Of a DNA stretch of 64,000 nt, positions 1 to 13,905 are shown piece by piece. Source of the DNA: Gnetum montanum (lineage: Eukaryota > Plantae > Gnetophyta); NCBI GenBank assembly GCA_015680685.1, contig MNCI01001077.1, positions 129,627 through 193,626 on the forward strand. Reading direction: 5' to 3'. A model generated the notes under the pieces. That model worked only from the letters and a program-made list of their open reading frames with translations, had not been told where the DNA came from and did no database searches. Made by a program: the position numbers and the translations under genes. The stretch's first letter is position 1. Each line of letters opens with the position of its first letter.

Positions 1-41
1 TTGTAGTTTAACGTCATTTCAGACAGTTCATATCATTTGTT

Positions 42-700
42 CTAGTTGTTGAGTTGTCTCTTGATCTTTTGTAGTTTAACATGTGGAGTTGGGTGTATGG
101 GTATGATTTTATATTCAACTTCCCCTTCATCAATGATGTCAAAGGGTAGTTCCAACCAAGAGACATCAGCAGGAATGACTCCTATGTCTATGTCTTCTTG
201 TGTTTCTTTAGTGCTAGTTGGATTGTGAGTCAATGTTGGGTTCACGTTCTGATGTATGTTCATGGTTTCTTGTTTAGGATTAATGAACTCAATTTTTAAC
301 CCTTGGCCTTTTTCAAGGTATGAGAAAATGATCGATGTTGTTGTATCCCCATGTATGATGATCTCACCACCCTCGTAAGGTAGATGTATCTCCTGATGGA
401 TTGGTGAGGATACAGCTTTAAGTTGAGCTAGCCAAGGACACCCTAGGATCAGATTAAACCCTGGCATTTCATCAACTACTATGAATTCAGCCGATGTAGG
501 GAATTGGTCACCTGCTATGAAATCTAAGGTAACCATGCCTTTTAGTCCCACACGGGAACCACTGAAAGATCTCAAGAAAGAGGTTGTTGTGGGTTGTACT
601 TGTTCGGTGAGTCCCAATTTTTTGATGATGGAAAAAGGTATTACATTTTTTGCTGCACCATCATCAACATGCACCCTACGTATTTTGAAATGATAAACCT
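42..700 (-). CDS. T1 aspartic protease, open to a TAG at 42-44
   Basis: ORF 42..674 with DDGA active site and LILG-PWL motif; IH Q-x-I-x-x-P motif typical of Tat/Ogre proteases. Confidence 0.85.
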
Positions 701-3700
701 ATATTGTTATGAGCATAGGGGCCATGGTAATTTCCCCTATTTTCTCATCTAGCTTAATGTCCTTAATACAAAACTCTAAGGATGTGGTCTTTGATTCCTG
801 GAGTTGTGTGGATAATACTGCATAAATGGATGGTTCGTCTGTAGGAAGATCCTCACTAATAGGAATTGAAGTTAGCATTTGTACAAGAGCCTCTCGATGT
901 ACTGGTGAAGTCATTACCAGGTCATACAAACTTAAAGAGGTATTCTTTTATTTTAAGGCTTGTGTAACCTAGGTCAACGCATTTGCTAGGTTTTCACCAT
1001 TTGGGACATTCTTATTAGTAGAGATTTGGTCCATTTGACCTAGCATTCTTATTTCTCGTGGAGGGGTTTTTACATTAGTAGCTAAGGATGCTAAGTTTGG
1101 GATATGACTCACGACTTCATCTTTGTTTTGGTAACTTGTACTAGGCTCATTAACAGACGAACTCATGGGAACGGTGCTAAGTGGTGTAGGCTTTGGTAGT
1201 CCTAATTCGTGTTCATGGTTTTCTCTCTCAATGCGCTCTCTTTTTTCTTTTTCCAAGTGCTCTCTTATTAGCCTATCGGCAAGATGTTCTCGCAAAGGTT
1301 GTTGAGAAGTGAAGGTGGGTTGTGTGCCAGGGTGTTTTGGCACTTGGACCACAAAGGGAATGAGTCGGTTTTCAGATGGTATGTTTGTTGTGGTGGCAAC
1401 TGAAGAAGGTATGCAGATGATGAATGATTTTGATGGTGTCGGGGACGTGCATGTGGTAAAAGGGGTTTGAGGAGATGTTGGGGTAGGTGTGTTTTCTGAA
1501 GGCCTCTGGATCACAAAAGGTCTTCGCGGAATGTCTTGTCTGTTTTCCATATGGATAGTATTAATCACATATGGGGCATCGTTGGTTTTGGAATTGAGAG
1601 GATCTTTGTAGACCCCCATGGATTGGTTTTGGGGCCTTACTGGGTTTGTCTCGTTGAATACCACTTCACCCCCATCTATCATGCATTGTATGTCTTGTTT
1701 CAATGCAAAGCAGTAATCGGTCCCATGACCACACTGTTGATGATATTCACAAAACCTATCCAACCTAAAGCCTTTTGGAATGGGAGGTTCATTGGCTATT
1801 GCTAAGGCTGGATTTTTGGCCAATTCGCAAAAGTGATCATGTCTTTGTGAGGCCGTAGGAGATATTTTTCTGTGTTGAATTATCCCAGCCTTTAGAAGTT
1901 GATCAAGCAGTTGTGAAGGCTTCATGGGCAATGATGTGTATTGAGTAGGGTCTTTTCCTTTGAAGGTACGTCCATGACCTGTGTTGTTGTTTCTATTTGA
2001 GGAACTTTTAGGTGTATGAGTGGGTGCTGTTCTTTCATAGTTGTTTGAGATAGTGGGTTGTTTTCCCTCAGCCACTGCTGCTACCATTGTTTTGGATTTA
2101 TCTTTCCTTATGTGTTGGCTTCTAAAGGCTAAGTAGGCTAGGTCATTACTTGTTTGTGCCACTTCTTCTATGTCTTTGATTCGTATGAATGCTTGGCTCA
2201 ATGTGCGGGCTTTCAGGTTAAATTTTTGACTTAATAAAGTCATTCACCGCTGATTTGAGGATAGTGAGTAAATATGTTTCGGGGATAGGTTCATGAAGTT
2301 CATTTAAGGTTGCACTCCACCTTTGGATAAATTTCTGTGCTGGCTCTAAAGGTGCTTGTTTAATTTAAATCAAGCTATCTAATGTGGCTTCAGGTTTCAA
2401 ATTGCACTTGAAACAGGTGACAAATTGATGTACCAAATTCTCTAAAGAAGATATGGAGCTACGGGGTAAAGATCAGTACCAGTTTAAGGATTTTCCAGTT
2501 AAGGACATTGCAAACACTCACAAGATTACATGGGGCCATGCTTGAAGCAAAAGACTTTTGGTTCTAAATGTCACTAGATGGGCATTTGGGTCCCCTTCTC
2601 CATTGTACTTGGTTAGTTGAGGTAATGAGACTCCTTTTGGTAAGGTCAAGGGTGGAACTGAGGGATCAATTGGGTCATCCTGATAGAAATCTAGTACCTT
2701 GACTTCCTCATTGTTGCATGTTTTAAGGCATTTTAATTCTTCTGTCAACGAGTGCATCATTTTTTGTGTGTCTACCCATTCTTGGGTGGTAGGCAAACCA
2801 ATGGATTGAGTTGATTATGGATGATAATGGTTTAACTGTTGCATTGTTTATGGAAAAGCAGGTTGTTGGGCTAACATTTGTTGTAGTGGGATGGTATTCG
2901 GGACTGAGACTACTGGTGGAACCCATTGCCCAACCACATGTTGTGAGGAAATACCTTAAATATGTTGGGTAGGAGTAATTAATGGTGCCCTATGAATTTG
3001 CATCTGGGGTATGTAATGGGTGGATGTGGAAGCTGGTATGACTGACGGTATTCCATTTACTTGAGGTTGGAGGATTGACCCTGCGTTGGTTTGGGGGAGT
3101 TGTTGGGATTGTACTGGTGGAGGAATGATGGAAGTGGATGCATCAGAGTGAATGTTATTGAGCACGGAGAAGATAGGTATGGAATGGGGAACAGGTTCTT
3201 GAATGTTTGTGGATGAAGAAGGAAACATAGTTTCTTCTAGGAAAGGATGGGATAATAGGTTTGTGTGGGCATGGGGGCTAATAGTATGGTATGATTCTCC
3301 ATGTTCAGATTGGGCTACAAAGTCATCTTCTTTGTCTTGAGGCTCTATGGGAGGTAGTTGTAAGGCTTGACTTCTAGTCATGAGAAGTTGGGATATGAGT
3401 TTATGATGGTTTTCAGATAGTGGGATTATGTCAAAAGTTGAAGGGATAAACTCATGTCCTTATTTATGGATGAATTCATATTCTCGCTTAGCTTCCCTCT
3501 CTATACGATCAATGAGTAGGTTGGCTTGGATCTTAACACAGATAAAATTATATTGTTCAGGTGTAAGATTTGCATGAATAGGGCCTTTGCCTTGTAGCCT
3601 AAGGGATTTGCGTGTAGGGCCTTGAGGATTTAGGTGTTCAATAACGGTTATAGATTCCGTAGTAGTCACAGGGTTTGAAGTAATTGGTAGTGCTATTGGG

Positions 3701-3825
3701 TTGACTTGGGAAGATTCCATGATAAATGTGAATGGACTGGGATAGACGAATGGAGTTGGATCGTAAGCAGTTGTAGTGTGGGGTGACACAAGCTTAGGGT
3801 GATCAACAGGGATAAAGAGACTCAA
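699..3825 (-). pseudogene. T1 gag, fragmented by stops/frameshifts
   Basis: ORFs 3460-3825, 2956-3381 (Pro-rich), 2518-2796 (gag core), 969-2243 (C-x2-H-x4-H-x4-C knuckle), 699-929. Confidence 0.8.
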
Positions 3826-3885
3826 ATGGGCAAGATGGATGAGTTTTGATACGTAGTGAGGTTTTACTCAATAACAAGAAAGTGA

Positions 3886-3902
3886 CCCTCCTTCTAGTGC
3901 CA
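3886..3902 (-). promoter_or_regulatory. T1 primer-binding site TGGCACTAGAAGGAGGG
   Basis: Follows the LTR end (...GGTACA) after a short spacer; resembles the TGGCGCTAGAAGGAGGG PBS of Tat elements. Confidence 0.75.
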
Positions 3903-3907
3903 AAAAC

Positions 3908-5125
3908 TGTACCGTCCTAAATCATCGGTGTAAGGTTGGAAAGGAAACAAACACCAAGAGACCATTGGACAGCCATAGCTAATCCTACCTTCACTTGAGG
4001 GCAAGCTGGAAAAGGGAATGAAGGTAGAGTACCTTGGGTGGTTTTCACACAAATCAACCAAGGACTTCCCCAAGTGTAAGCTACAGCTAGCATTGGGGTT
4101 ATCGTAAACAGGATGTAAATGAAATGTAAACAATGATACGAAATGTAAATAAAGCGTATGTGAATAGAATTATATTGCAAAAAAAGCATAAACCAAAGTA
4201 AATAATGTGAATAGGAGGCAATGATGAAACTGTATTGTATTATTTCAAAAAAATGTGCACCGGTCAAAGCGTAGTTGCATAAGTGTGAATGACAAGTTAG
4301 ATGCCTAGCCCCGGAAAGATATGGCACGATGATGTGACGATGAAATGGGATCAACGTGAGAAGAATTTGGAAGCCAAAAACTGGATGTATCGAGCACCCA
4401 AGGATTGCAAGTTCTGTCCTCCTTCAGAATTTCCAATCTCTCCAATCTTTGCCTCTTCCTCTCCCTTCTCTCTTGCTGCTTTTGCTTTGCTTCTCTTTCC
4501 TCCTCCAATTTGTGTGAATTGATAGGGTATTTATAGGGTTGGGCTAGTGTTTGGATAGGGTTTTCTTTGACCAGGTTCAATGTATTTTACAATTTTTTGG
4601 TCATTCAAGCCCATAAAAAAATACAAATTAGAAATACAAGCCCTCAAGTGATAAAAAAAAATTTAAAAAATTTCAAAAGACTAGCTCCAACTCTAGCCCT
4701 CTTGGAAAAATTATATTTCTTTTTTTTTTTGTTGAATATTTGGCTTGATTTTGCATGGGCTTTCATATCCCTTTGCCATTTTATAGATTTCTTGAAAAAG
4801 AAAATCAAGAAGGATTAACACCGCCTCGCTTGTCTAGCATCCAGCGTGACTTGCAATGTGACCTGCAGTGTGACCTCCAAAACTTGGAATTTTGGGCTGA
4901 AATCTAGAATTTCTGAAGGCTACGATCCATAGTTATCAATAGTGGACCTTGAGGATGACTTACACCCTTAAAATCAAGTCATTTTGCCTTAGTTTTGGGG
5001 CTCTCAAAATTGGTGATGCTGATCCTTACGTTGTGCAGCATCTGTGGGCCCCAGGGGGACCTTGCCTGTCAAATCATGGACCATCGAGGGTTGTTTCGGA
5101 GGCCTCCAAGTTTGGCCACACTATA
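3908..5125 (-). repeat. T1 5' LTR
   Basis: Begins TGT next to the PBS on the plus strand; minus-strand CTATAAATA near 4530; far end ccacactata (decayed ...ACA) abuts T2 gag sequence. Right boundary inferred. Confidence 0.65.
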
Positions 5126-6292
5126 CTCATGTTGGGCAGTAGCATGACTTAGCTTGATTCTTGTCTGAAAGTGCTAGGCCAAAATTAGTGGTGTTTCACC
5201 AATGATGCTAACTTTTTCTCCTTTGGTGAAGAAGGTACCATAACTGCATGGATGGATTCTTTGTTAGCAGGAATGTCCTCGCTAATAAGGATAGAAGTCA
5301 ATATCTTCACAAGTGCTTCATGATATATAGCAGAAGTCATGATCAAGTCATACATGCTCAAGGTCATGTTTTTTTATTTAAGATATTGCTTGACTTACTT
5401 CATAATAATTAGGAAGTTTTTATCATTGGTCAAGGGCTTGTTTCCTTGATTATACTTAACTTCCTCCATGCATCTCAAAATGTGCACCTTAGTTTTTAGT
5501 TCTTGTGGCTTTTTATCTTTTCCTTTTCCTTGGCTCTTAAGGTCCTCTGGAGGTTTGCTTATCAAAGTATCCTACATTACCATGGTCATGGATACTAATG
5601 ATACAAAAGTAGGCTTTGATGGATCCACATTCTTTGATTCCTTGGCTTGCTTATCATTCTTATAGTTAGGCCTCTACATAGGCTTCTTCCTCTACTCAGT
5701 TGAGGCCTTTTAGTTATTGTTGTTGGTTTGTGAGGAAGAGGCTGTGGAATTAGCCACCACAATAGGCTATCGTTTGGTCATAAGGGATGACTAGATTATA
5801 GTGGGCTAGGGCATCATAATGACAATGGAATCCTTGGGGAGATCTGTGATGGTATCCTTATAGAAAAATGGGATCTTAAGTTGGTGGAAGTTGAAGAATC
5901 CCCTTCATTGCAAGGGGGTACCCAAATCACAAATGATTTCCTTGTAGGTCTTTAATTATCATCAATATTAAACATCAATGTAATGTATGCACTATTATGG
6001 GTGTTTAATAAATCTTTATACACTTTCATCAACTAGTTCTATAGTTGAAGAGGGTTAAACACATCAAGGACCAACTCACTTGTATCTATAATCTTTTGTA
6101 GATCATCCTTTAGTACAAGGTAGAAGTTAGTGTCATGAACAAGCAATTGATAATAGTGGAGAAAGTAGTCAAGCCTAGAATATTTAGGTGTCTAAGGATC
6201 ATCTTTTGTTGCTCAAGTGGGGTTTTGGCTATCCAACATAGCCTTTCATTCTTTCTATGAGTATTTCTAGTCATTTGTATGTATTGTATATG

Positions 6293-7187
6293 TGATGAGT
6301 GGCAAGGTACCCCTACACTCAACCATACGAAACGAGTGTCCCACACGCGATCCGGTCGAACTCCGCAGATGGAATAGTTGTGGCACCTAGATAGTTAGCC
6401 TTAGGTCGTAGTTCATTGTCTTCCCACCTGGACTAGTATTATATTTTTCACATATGGTTTAGTCTAGAGTGAGGTGTATGATGTGTTCCTAATTCTAATG
6501 CTACTCTTGAAGGTAGTGGAAAATAATATTTAACTAAGCTAAGCTAGGAGGAAAATGGTAAAAGAATCTAATCTAGCCTAAGTGCGACGAGCAGCCGATT
6601 CCTTGATCAACCGTACACATCTTGGACCTCATGCATGACTACCACTAGGACTACCAAGCGTAGATCCTAGGTACACCACTGGGATTATGAAGCGCAAATA
6701 CCAGATACGCCACCGGGTTACCAAGCGTAGATCCTAGCTACACCACTAGGCTACCAAGTAGTCACACTTAAATGTTCGTAATCAAGTCGTACTCATTCCA
6801 CATTCTAGGAGTTTAAGGCTGAGAGAGAGAAAATAGTAAATAACATTAAATAAATAACAAATAAATAATAACAAAGTGAATGCTGCAATGATGAAGTAAT
6901 CTCGATCTTTATTGCTAGTCATGTGCATGTCCAAGTACGACACACTCAAATAAAGACACTGTACAATTACATTCACCACATTGCGGGCAAACATGGGAAA
7001 AAATCAAACTCTGGAGGGATCAAACTGCTAGAGCTTCACTACTCTAAAACTAGGATCCCCAAACAAGGGAATGCCACCTCTTATTTATAAACATTGCGGC
7101 GGACTGCGATATCACGTACGCGATATTGTAGGGAAGACGTGATATCGCATATACAATATCGCAGCCTATGCGAATCGCATCTCATCA
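6293..7187 (-). repeat. Athila A 3' LTR
   Basis: Direct repeat of 13906-14787, roughly 90% identical by eye. Confidence 0.95.
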
Positions 7188-7472
7188 TACCCCATGACTA
7201 AATAAAAAATCATCCTCTAGTTACAAGGAGATCAAGCTTCATTTATTACACAGTGGATAGGTATGGGATTATTAACTAGAAAAAATAAATGGATTAATGC
7301 CATAGTGTGGGAAGACACAACATAGAGAAAAAATACTACAACTACAAAAATGTGGAACTCATGTAGTTCCTGGTGGCGGTGGCTCCTCCATGGGTGCTTT
7401 CCCCTTGTCACATGATCCAAGCTTGGAAGGTTGATGACACTAAAGAATGGCTTGGAGCTTCTCCTCTTCAAT

Positions 7473-10100
7473 TCAAGGATCTTGTGACGTCCATGCTAAT
7501 GTTCTGATGTTTGATGGAGTCAGCACCTCCCACGGATAGGGTAGTTGCGGGAACATCTGATTAGCTTTGACGTACCATGCCATGAACACCCGTCGTTCCT
7601 CTTCATAGGCTCTAGCTTTGTATTTGTATTCATGAAGCTCTATTAGCTCTTGAGCCAAGTTGGTTGCCACATATTTCAGTCCTTGGTAGCTTTCTTTTAC
7701 CATCGCAAGTTTAGAATTTGCGACATCTAGTTTCTCAGCCAGCTTCTTTCGCTTTGCAAATTCTACTTCATATTTGATATGGGTGGAAGCTACCTACTGC
7801 TTGAGCTCTGACCTTGGACATCCTACTATTAACATGGCCTGGTTGGCATATCTAAGGTTTATCAACTCCATGTACTCTGTCAAGTCTTGGATCTACAAGT
7901 CCCGATTCTTAATTTCCGCTTGGTGGGCGAAGGTGTAAGTGTCCAATATGGCCCTCCAATCAGTGTGCTGAGCACTGATCTTGTTGACTTGAGCCTTGGC
8001 CATATGGATCTCCATCTCCAGGATTTGTTTGTACATCCCCAACTGATCATGGAAATGCTCCTTCAGCTTCTCATGTCATTTAGCCTCATTTTGCCATGCG
8101 CTGATCTCGATGGCTGATTTTTGACGAATAGCGCGTACCTCCTCCATTGAGAGGGTTTGATTTTCTCTAGCTAAATGGCTTACATCTCGGTTGACCCAAA
8201 TGAACTATTCTCGTAACTGATGAAAGTGTTCATCGAGAATATTCTTTTGTTTCTTCATAGAAGTCAACCAAACGTTATCAGTAACCAACTGCTTGTTCTC
8301 TTCTTCTAAGGCCCTAAGTGCCTTAACATGCACATGAGTTTGCGCTTGAGCTTTGGAGGCATCCCAAGTGGCCGTCTCATTTTCTCCTACCACCTTCTTA
8401 TTTTTTGGAATTAACTTTGTTAATTGCTCCATTCTAAAGTTGTCTAGCTAGTCTATGAGAACATATTGCAAAGGATCCCGCTGTGCTGCTTGTAAGGCTA
8501 CAAGCTACTCTTGTAGTTTCTACACTTGAACTTCAGCATGCTCTACCCTTACTTCGGATATGACCAGCTTCCCCTTTGTGGAAATGAGGTCTGATTGAAT
8601 TACTGTTACATCTTGAGGGATGTCAAAAAGAGACATCCAAACTTGTCCTGTTTGAAGCAATCTGTCCAGTGCATCCTCATGTTCCGCAGGAGTCATTGAA
8701 TTTTCGGTAAGAGTTTGATCATCCCGTGCTCCTGAAAGAACTACCGGTGGCATAACAGGTACATTGAAAGATTCTCTGATGTGGTCAGCGACCACTTTAG
8801 CAGTTTCCATGGGATCCTGGTGTTGCATGACCACCACAGTGGCCCCTTCACCAATCTCTAAATGCACTTGAAAAGATGCCACATTTTCTGAAATTTGTTG
8901 TGATCATCTACTTTCCCCTCCTCTTGGATGGATGGATAATTCACCCCTTGTGTGATCTAACGAAATAGTAGGATGGTCGACATCATTGATGATGTGGAAG
9001 AGATCTATGTCATCACGACTTCCCCAAATAACCATCTCAGCGATGGCCCTAAGATGGCTCATTGACGGTCGGTAGTCTTGTGGCTGTGATGGTTGATCCT
9101 GGCCTGTGCTGGGTCCTGCTTCTTGTTGTTGGCTAGGACCTGTGATTGGAGGTTGACTGGGTCCTGTAAGTTGAGTTATAGGTGATTCAGTTATCTGTTA
9201 TTCTTCTTCATATGGTCCCAGATCTTCGCTAGTGCTCTTTATTGGAGTTGACACCTTTAATAACTTAGCATAAGAAGCATTTTGGGCTTTTTGGAGGACA
9301 TCATTTGTGTATCCTCGAATGCCAGCCCATTGGCACAATTTTCTGATAAGGTAGGGAAAAGGCAATGCCATCTTCCCTAACTTTCGTTCTTCGAATCACC
9401 TTAGGATCTCTATCAAATATAGATGGGGAAGATCAACATTAACCTTTCCCAACAACACTACACATCCCCTTGCTGCATACGTAGATATTCTTTTTAAACC
9501 TTTTATGGGAAAGAGGTGATAGGTTCCAATTTTAAAATAAACCCACTCTTCTGTCGATAGCGTACCAAAAGCTTTGTCTCTGCCATAAGCCTTCTCTAAC
9601 CAATCCTTTCGCACATCAGGGTCTGATTGGGTAGATAATGGAGCAACATGGGGGCCTAAATTCGAAATGTTTAACACTTCCAAAATTTCTTACATAGAAA
9701 AGTCAACTGTCACACCACAAATGTTAACCATGGTGCCTTGCTCCTTATTGTGATAGCATAGGTATGTTTCACCTAAGTACCAGACATCACACTTAGAGAG
9801 GACAGGCCATAAGGGAGACCCTTTAAGGTGATCCCTAATAGCCTCAGGAGAAAACTCTGCAAAAGGTTCAAAGTTAAGCTCTAGGATCACTGTAGCAATT
9901 GTGGACTTCGTATGGATAGCCTTAACACATTCCAAGGGCAACGTGAGTTGTTGTCCTAGTTCAAGCACATCAACAGCTCCTCTTTCTGCTTGCCCAGACC
10001 ATCCTGTAGGAGGTTCTTCTTGATGGATGCTAAATGATTGCACCTCCTATTTTGCATGTTGTCTAGCAAGGACTTGTATTCCACCTCTTCGAGGTTGTTT
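7473..10100 (-). pseudogene. Athila A env-like/ORF2 accessory gene with long coiled-coil C-terminus
   Basis: ORF fragments 9690-10043, 9396-9683 continuing into ALPFPYLIRKLCQWAGI (resembles the LPFP-xx-I-xx-LC-xx-AG motif of Athila ORF2-type proteins), then 8520-8882, 8205-8432, 7473-7703 rich in E/K/Q/L. Confidence 0.75.
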
Positions 10101-10611
10101 TGCTTAACCTTGAGCAGGATCCTCTCGCTGAGGACATTTCAGAGCCATTTGCAATCACATGGGCCAAATGTTAGTAAGGTTGTTTTCAAAGTTAAGTTAT
10201 ACCTTACTACATGCCTTTAATTAAATATCTTATGTTATCATGTGATTGTGCCCGAAAATTATAATAATGGATCCTATGACTTAGGTGGATTTCATTTTAA
10301 TATCCCGGTGTACCTAAGGTTATATGATTTTTTGCACAATTTTTCTAAGTGTTAGTATTAATTACCCTAATTGATGTCCTTTGGGCGATAAAATTTTTTT
10401 AAAAAGTTAGGCACTTTTCGGTAGGTGTCCCTCCACCATGACTAAACTGAACACTCTAGGTTCAAATAGGTTCAAACGGAATTAAAATCGGAGCACCATT
10501 GCATGAGATCTGAGTGAAAAACCGAGGGTCACGCAAGCGCAAGTTGTAGAGAAAAATTTCAAAAATTCCCCCCGCGTAAATGGAAAAATGATGCTAAGTG
10601 TTGTGGCAGGG

Positions 10612-10710
10612 GTTCCTATTTATAGGTAAATAGGACGCGATATCACGTACGATACATCGCGTATGCAATATCACGTGGGACGCGGTATCACGTATGCGAT
10701 ATCTCGTCCT
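10612..10710 (-). promoter_or_regulatory. Putative internal promoter of the env-like ORF
   Basis: CTATAAATAG (10616-10625, minus) with upstream GCGATATCACGTACG repeats identical to the LTR motif at 7106-7120. Confidence 0.6.
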
Positions 10711-11952
10711 CAGTGATGTGGGACACATGACAAAGACCAAATTTTTTAAGGATTTTCTTGAAATTAATGGTGTAAAATGAGGACATGGGCTAGCATGAAG
10801 ATATCCTACGGTAATTTGATTAATTTGAGAGGCACGCTTAATGATAAGAATGTGAATTTGAGCAATTAAGAATTTGGTGGTTATGAAGAAAAGGGAATGT
10901 AATGGTACATTGGAATGTTAAAATTTGGAGGGATAATAATAGGAAAAGAAAATTATGAAAATTAAGCTGAGGGTAAGAAATTGTGTGTTCTAGCTAGAGA
11001 ATTAATAAAGATTACAACAAAATTACACAAGTGGATCCTTTCCAAATCAGGTTTCAACCTATTATGCCCTTGTGTAATCATAGTTAAAGTGTCTATGGGC
11101 ACTAGAAGGGTTAAATGTAATTTGCACTAACTCCACAAAACACACACATGTAATTATCATTGAAATGAGATGAAAATTCTATGCTACACGGGACATGAGC
11201 CAGAATTACACACACGAACAGTGAAATGAAACAAAGTGTAGAAAAGTATCGTAGAGATCGGGACATGAGGTTACTGACCCATAGCACAATGAATCCTACA
11301 TGTAAAGAATGATTAAGGTGTCATTCACCCATCATTCCAAGATCAGGACCAAGTCCATCCTTCTAATTAGTGACATTGCATTGTTTCATCCCATGGTGAA
11401 CAACTATGAGAGTACCATAACAACAAGGCATACGATCACTTGGCGTTTAGTACAACGGAGGAGTGATTTTTTTTATGGCACTTCCTTTTTCTTTTTCTTC
11501 TCTTTTTTCTCTTTTCTTTTTCACTTTACTAAATCTAGAGAAGCCGCCAACCTTCAGGCATGGGTTCATGTCTTTCCAATGGGACCCACTAGAATAGCAT
11601 TTTATTTTTGAGTGCCCTTTTTGATTACTCTTACTCCTATTTTACATTAGATCTACAAGGATCTAAGTACAACCATATTGCATGATAACTCCCACAGATG
11701 TCACCAAAGAGAATCTACAAGTTCACTTGATGTCACACCCTAATCATTCCCTCTTAGTCCATCCTTCTTCATTCTTGGTACAATGAACAAAAATTTAATT
11801 TTAAGTTTAGAAATTTCAAGAATATCACTGTACCCTCGAATAGAACCTCTTTATTTATAGAGTGGATGAGTGGGTGTAATGTGCTCACTGTTCTAAATAA
11901 TTGACCACTCATGACTTAATAACATAGAAAACACCTCAACCAATGATCCACA

Positions 11953-12073
11953 NNNNNNNNNNNNNNNNNNNNNNNNNNNNNNNNNNNNNNNNNNNNNNNN
12001 NNNNNNNNNNNNNNNNNNNNNNNNNNNNNNNNNNNNNNNNNNNNNNNNNNNNNNNNNNNNNNNNNNNNNNNNN
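11953..12073. other. Assembly gap (121 N)
   Basis: N run; a further single N at 30287. Confidence 1.
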
Positions 12074-13780
12074 GTTAGTTGGTGGCCCTGATGAAGTTAC
12101 ATGAGACGTTGGGTTTGAAGGTAAGGGTGCACCACATTGTTGGAATTGTGCTGGGTTGGAAAGTGCAATGGCCTCTAAATTGTGTTATCCTTTCCTACGG
12201 CCATGTTTAAAGAAAGGACGCGTTTGATGTTGAGGAGGCTTTTCACTACTGTTAATAGCAGTAGCACAAGTGTTGTTCATGGGTTGTTACTGTGGCACAA
12301 ATACCTTAGGAACAGTTGGTGGCATTGTGGAAGGAGGGAAAGGATAAGAATGTTGAAAGTTAGGAGGGATGTAAGGTGCACAAGGTGGTGGTTGTGTTGG
12401 AGGTATGGGTTGATAGTATTGTGGAGAATGGTATTGTGGTGAGATAGAGTATGTTGGCCCAGTTGAAGAAACAGGGTGTTGAACATGATAAGCGTTTAGA
12501 TTCGGATGATATAAAGGGTGCCTCCAGTCTAAGGGTAGATTTCACCACGACTGGGATTGTTGCCACTATGATCAAACAGAGTATCTCTGTATGAACTCTG
12601 GATGTAACGTGTTTCCCCAATGCTCATGTAGATGTAATAGTATTTGGCATTGGCCTTTGGGATGATCATACAGGCATATGTTGCATTCATATGTATGACT
12701 GGCAGTTGAGCGCTTATTCCCTTTGTTCTTTTTCTCCAAATGCCTATTATTTTGTCCTGCTTCTTGGGTTTTTAAAACTCTATCTCCAATGATGTTCATA
12801 TATTCTCCACACTTTTGATTTATCCATTCCAAAATCTTATTAATCTTTGCCTCAGCTTCTTCTAATGATTGTTGTATTGGCAAAGATGATGTTTCCACCT
12901 TGAGAATTGTTGATTTCTCCTTGTTATGATCAGGGACCTTTGTTAAGTTGTAATTTTGGTCCCATTGATGTTTTTCAACACTCTCCCATGTGGCTAATTC
13001 TCCTTCTTCTTTGGCTACCTACTTAATAAGCTCTTGGATTTGATGGGTTTGTAGTTCGTATAGTTGACCTTGGGCATACGTTCCTAAGGTCTCTCTTGTT
13101 TCATTACGTAGCCCATCAATGATATGGTACATTAGCCTTTCCTTAGAAAATCCATGGCCTTGACAATTGTTTAACAGTGCATAATATATTTCTAAGGCCA
13201 TGTCCAAGGGTTCATGTTTGGCTTGTTTCCATCCTTGGATTTGTTTCTTCAAGGCTGACTCTCTTGTGTAAGTTTGATATTTTTCGTTAAAGACTTCTAC
13301 CATTGTTGACAAGCATCGTATTGAATTTGGTTTTAATGATCTATACCATACTTTAGCTTGGTCAACTAGTGTCATAGGAAAGAGCTTAAGTTTTTGCCAA
13401 CTATTATCAATGTTATTCCATGTGCAAGCATCATAGAAGGCTAATAAATGTTGATGTGGACCTAAGTCGTAGCCTCCTAAAAGTTTGGAAAAGTTATTTA
13501 AATCAAGCCTGGGTAGATGGCTCTCTTTACGATGCCTACGTGAGATTCGAACAGCCTCTTGTATTTACGTTAGGCATGTAGTGGCTAGTGGCGGTTCATC
13601 GTCATTGGGTAAGTTAGGATTTCATGTATTATGATGATGTTGTTTTTGTTCATTCTTATAGGAAACTCCCACTTCAGGTTGTATACTCCAATCTTCATCA
13701 TCATATAGCTCATTGGTTCTCAAATGAACTTCCTCACTAAGTGTGGCATTATTATCATCTTGTAGGAGAGGCATTGTTGT
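12074..13780 (-). pseudogene. Athila A gag
   Basis: 13019-13375 TLVDQAKVWYRSLKPNSI (retrotrans-gag); 12572-12898 knuckle CNICLYDHPKGQC. Confidence 0.85.
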
Positions 13781-13886
13781 CTGTGAATTTATGTGACTTT
13801 TTATAATTTCTTCATTTTAAGAGATATATCTCTAACTTCTATACAATGACCTTGTATGATATAACTAATCTAGATAACTAGCACCA

Positions 13887-13904
13887 TCCCTAGCAACGGT
13901 GCCA
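13887..13904 (-). promoter_or_regulatory. Athila A PBS (tRNA-Asp type) TGGCACCGTTGCTAGGGA
   Basis: Adjacent to the 5' LTR; close to the Athila consensus TGGCGCCGTTGCCGGGGA. Confidence 0.85.
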
Positions 13905-13905
13905 A

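Larger units (their letters stand above)
1..5125 (-). mobile_element. Ty3/gypsy Tat-clade LTR retrotransposon T1 (5' LTR, PBS, gag, protease; runs off the left edge)
   Basis: LTR-PBS-gag-PR order on the minus strand; retrotrans-gag motif LTKYNGEGDPNAHL, Tat-type knuckle FCEYHQQCGHGTDYC, protease VHVDDGAAKNVIP...FNLILGCPWL. Confidence 0.9.

Noticed and set aside
3894-5152. Short ORFs in the T1 LTR and similar 60-100 aa ORFs antisense to gag/pol across the window
   Set aside because: Low-complexity or shadow ORFs with no recognisable motifs
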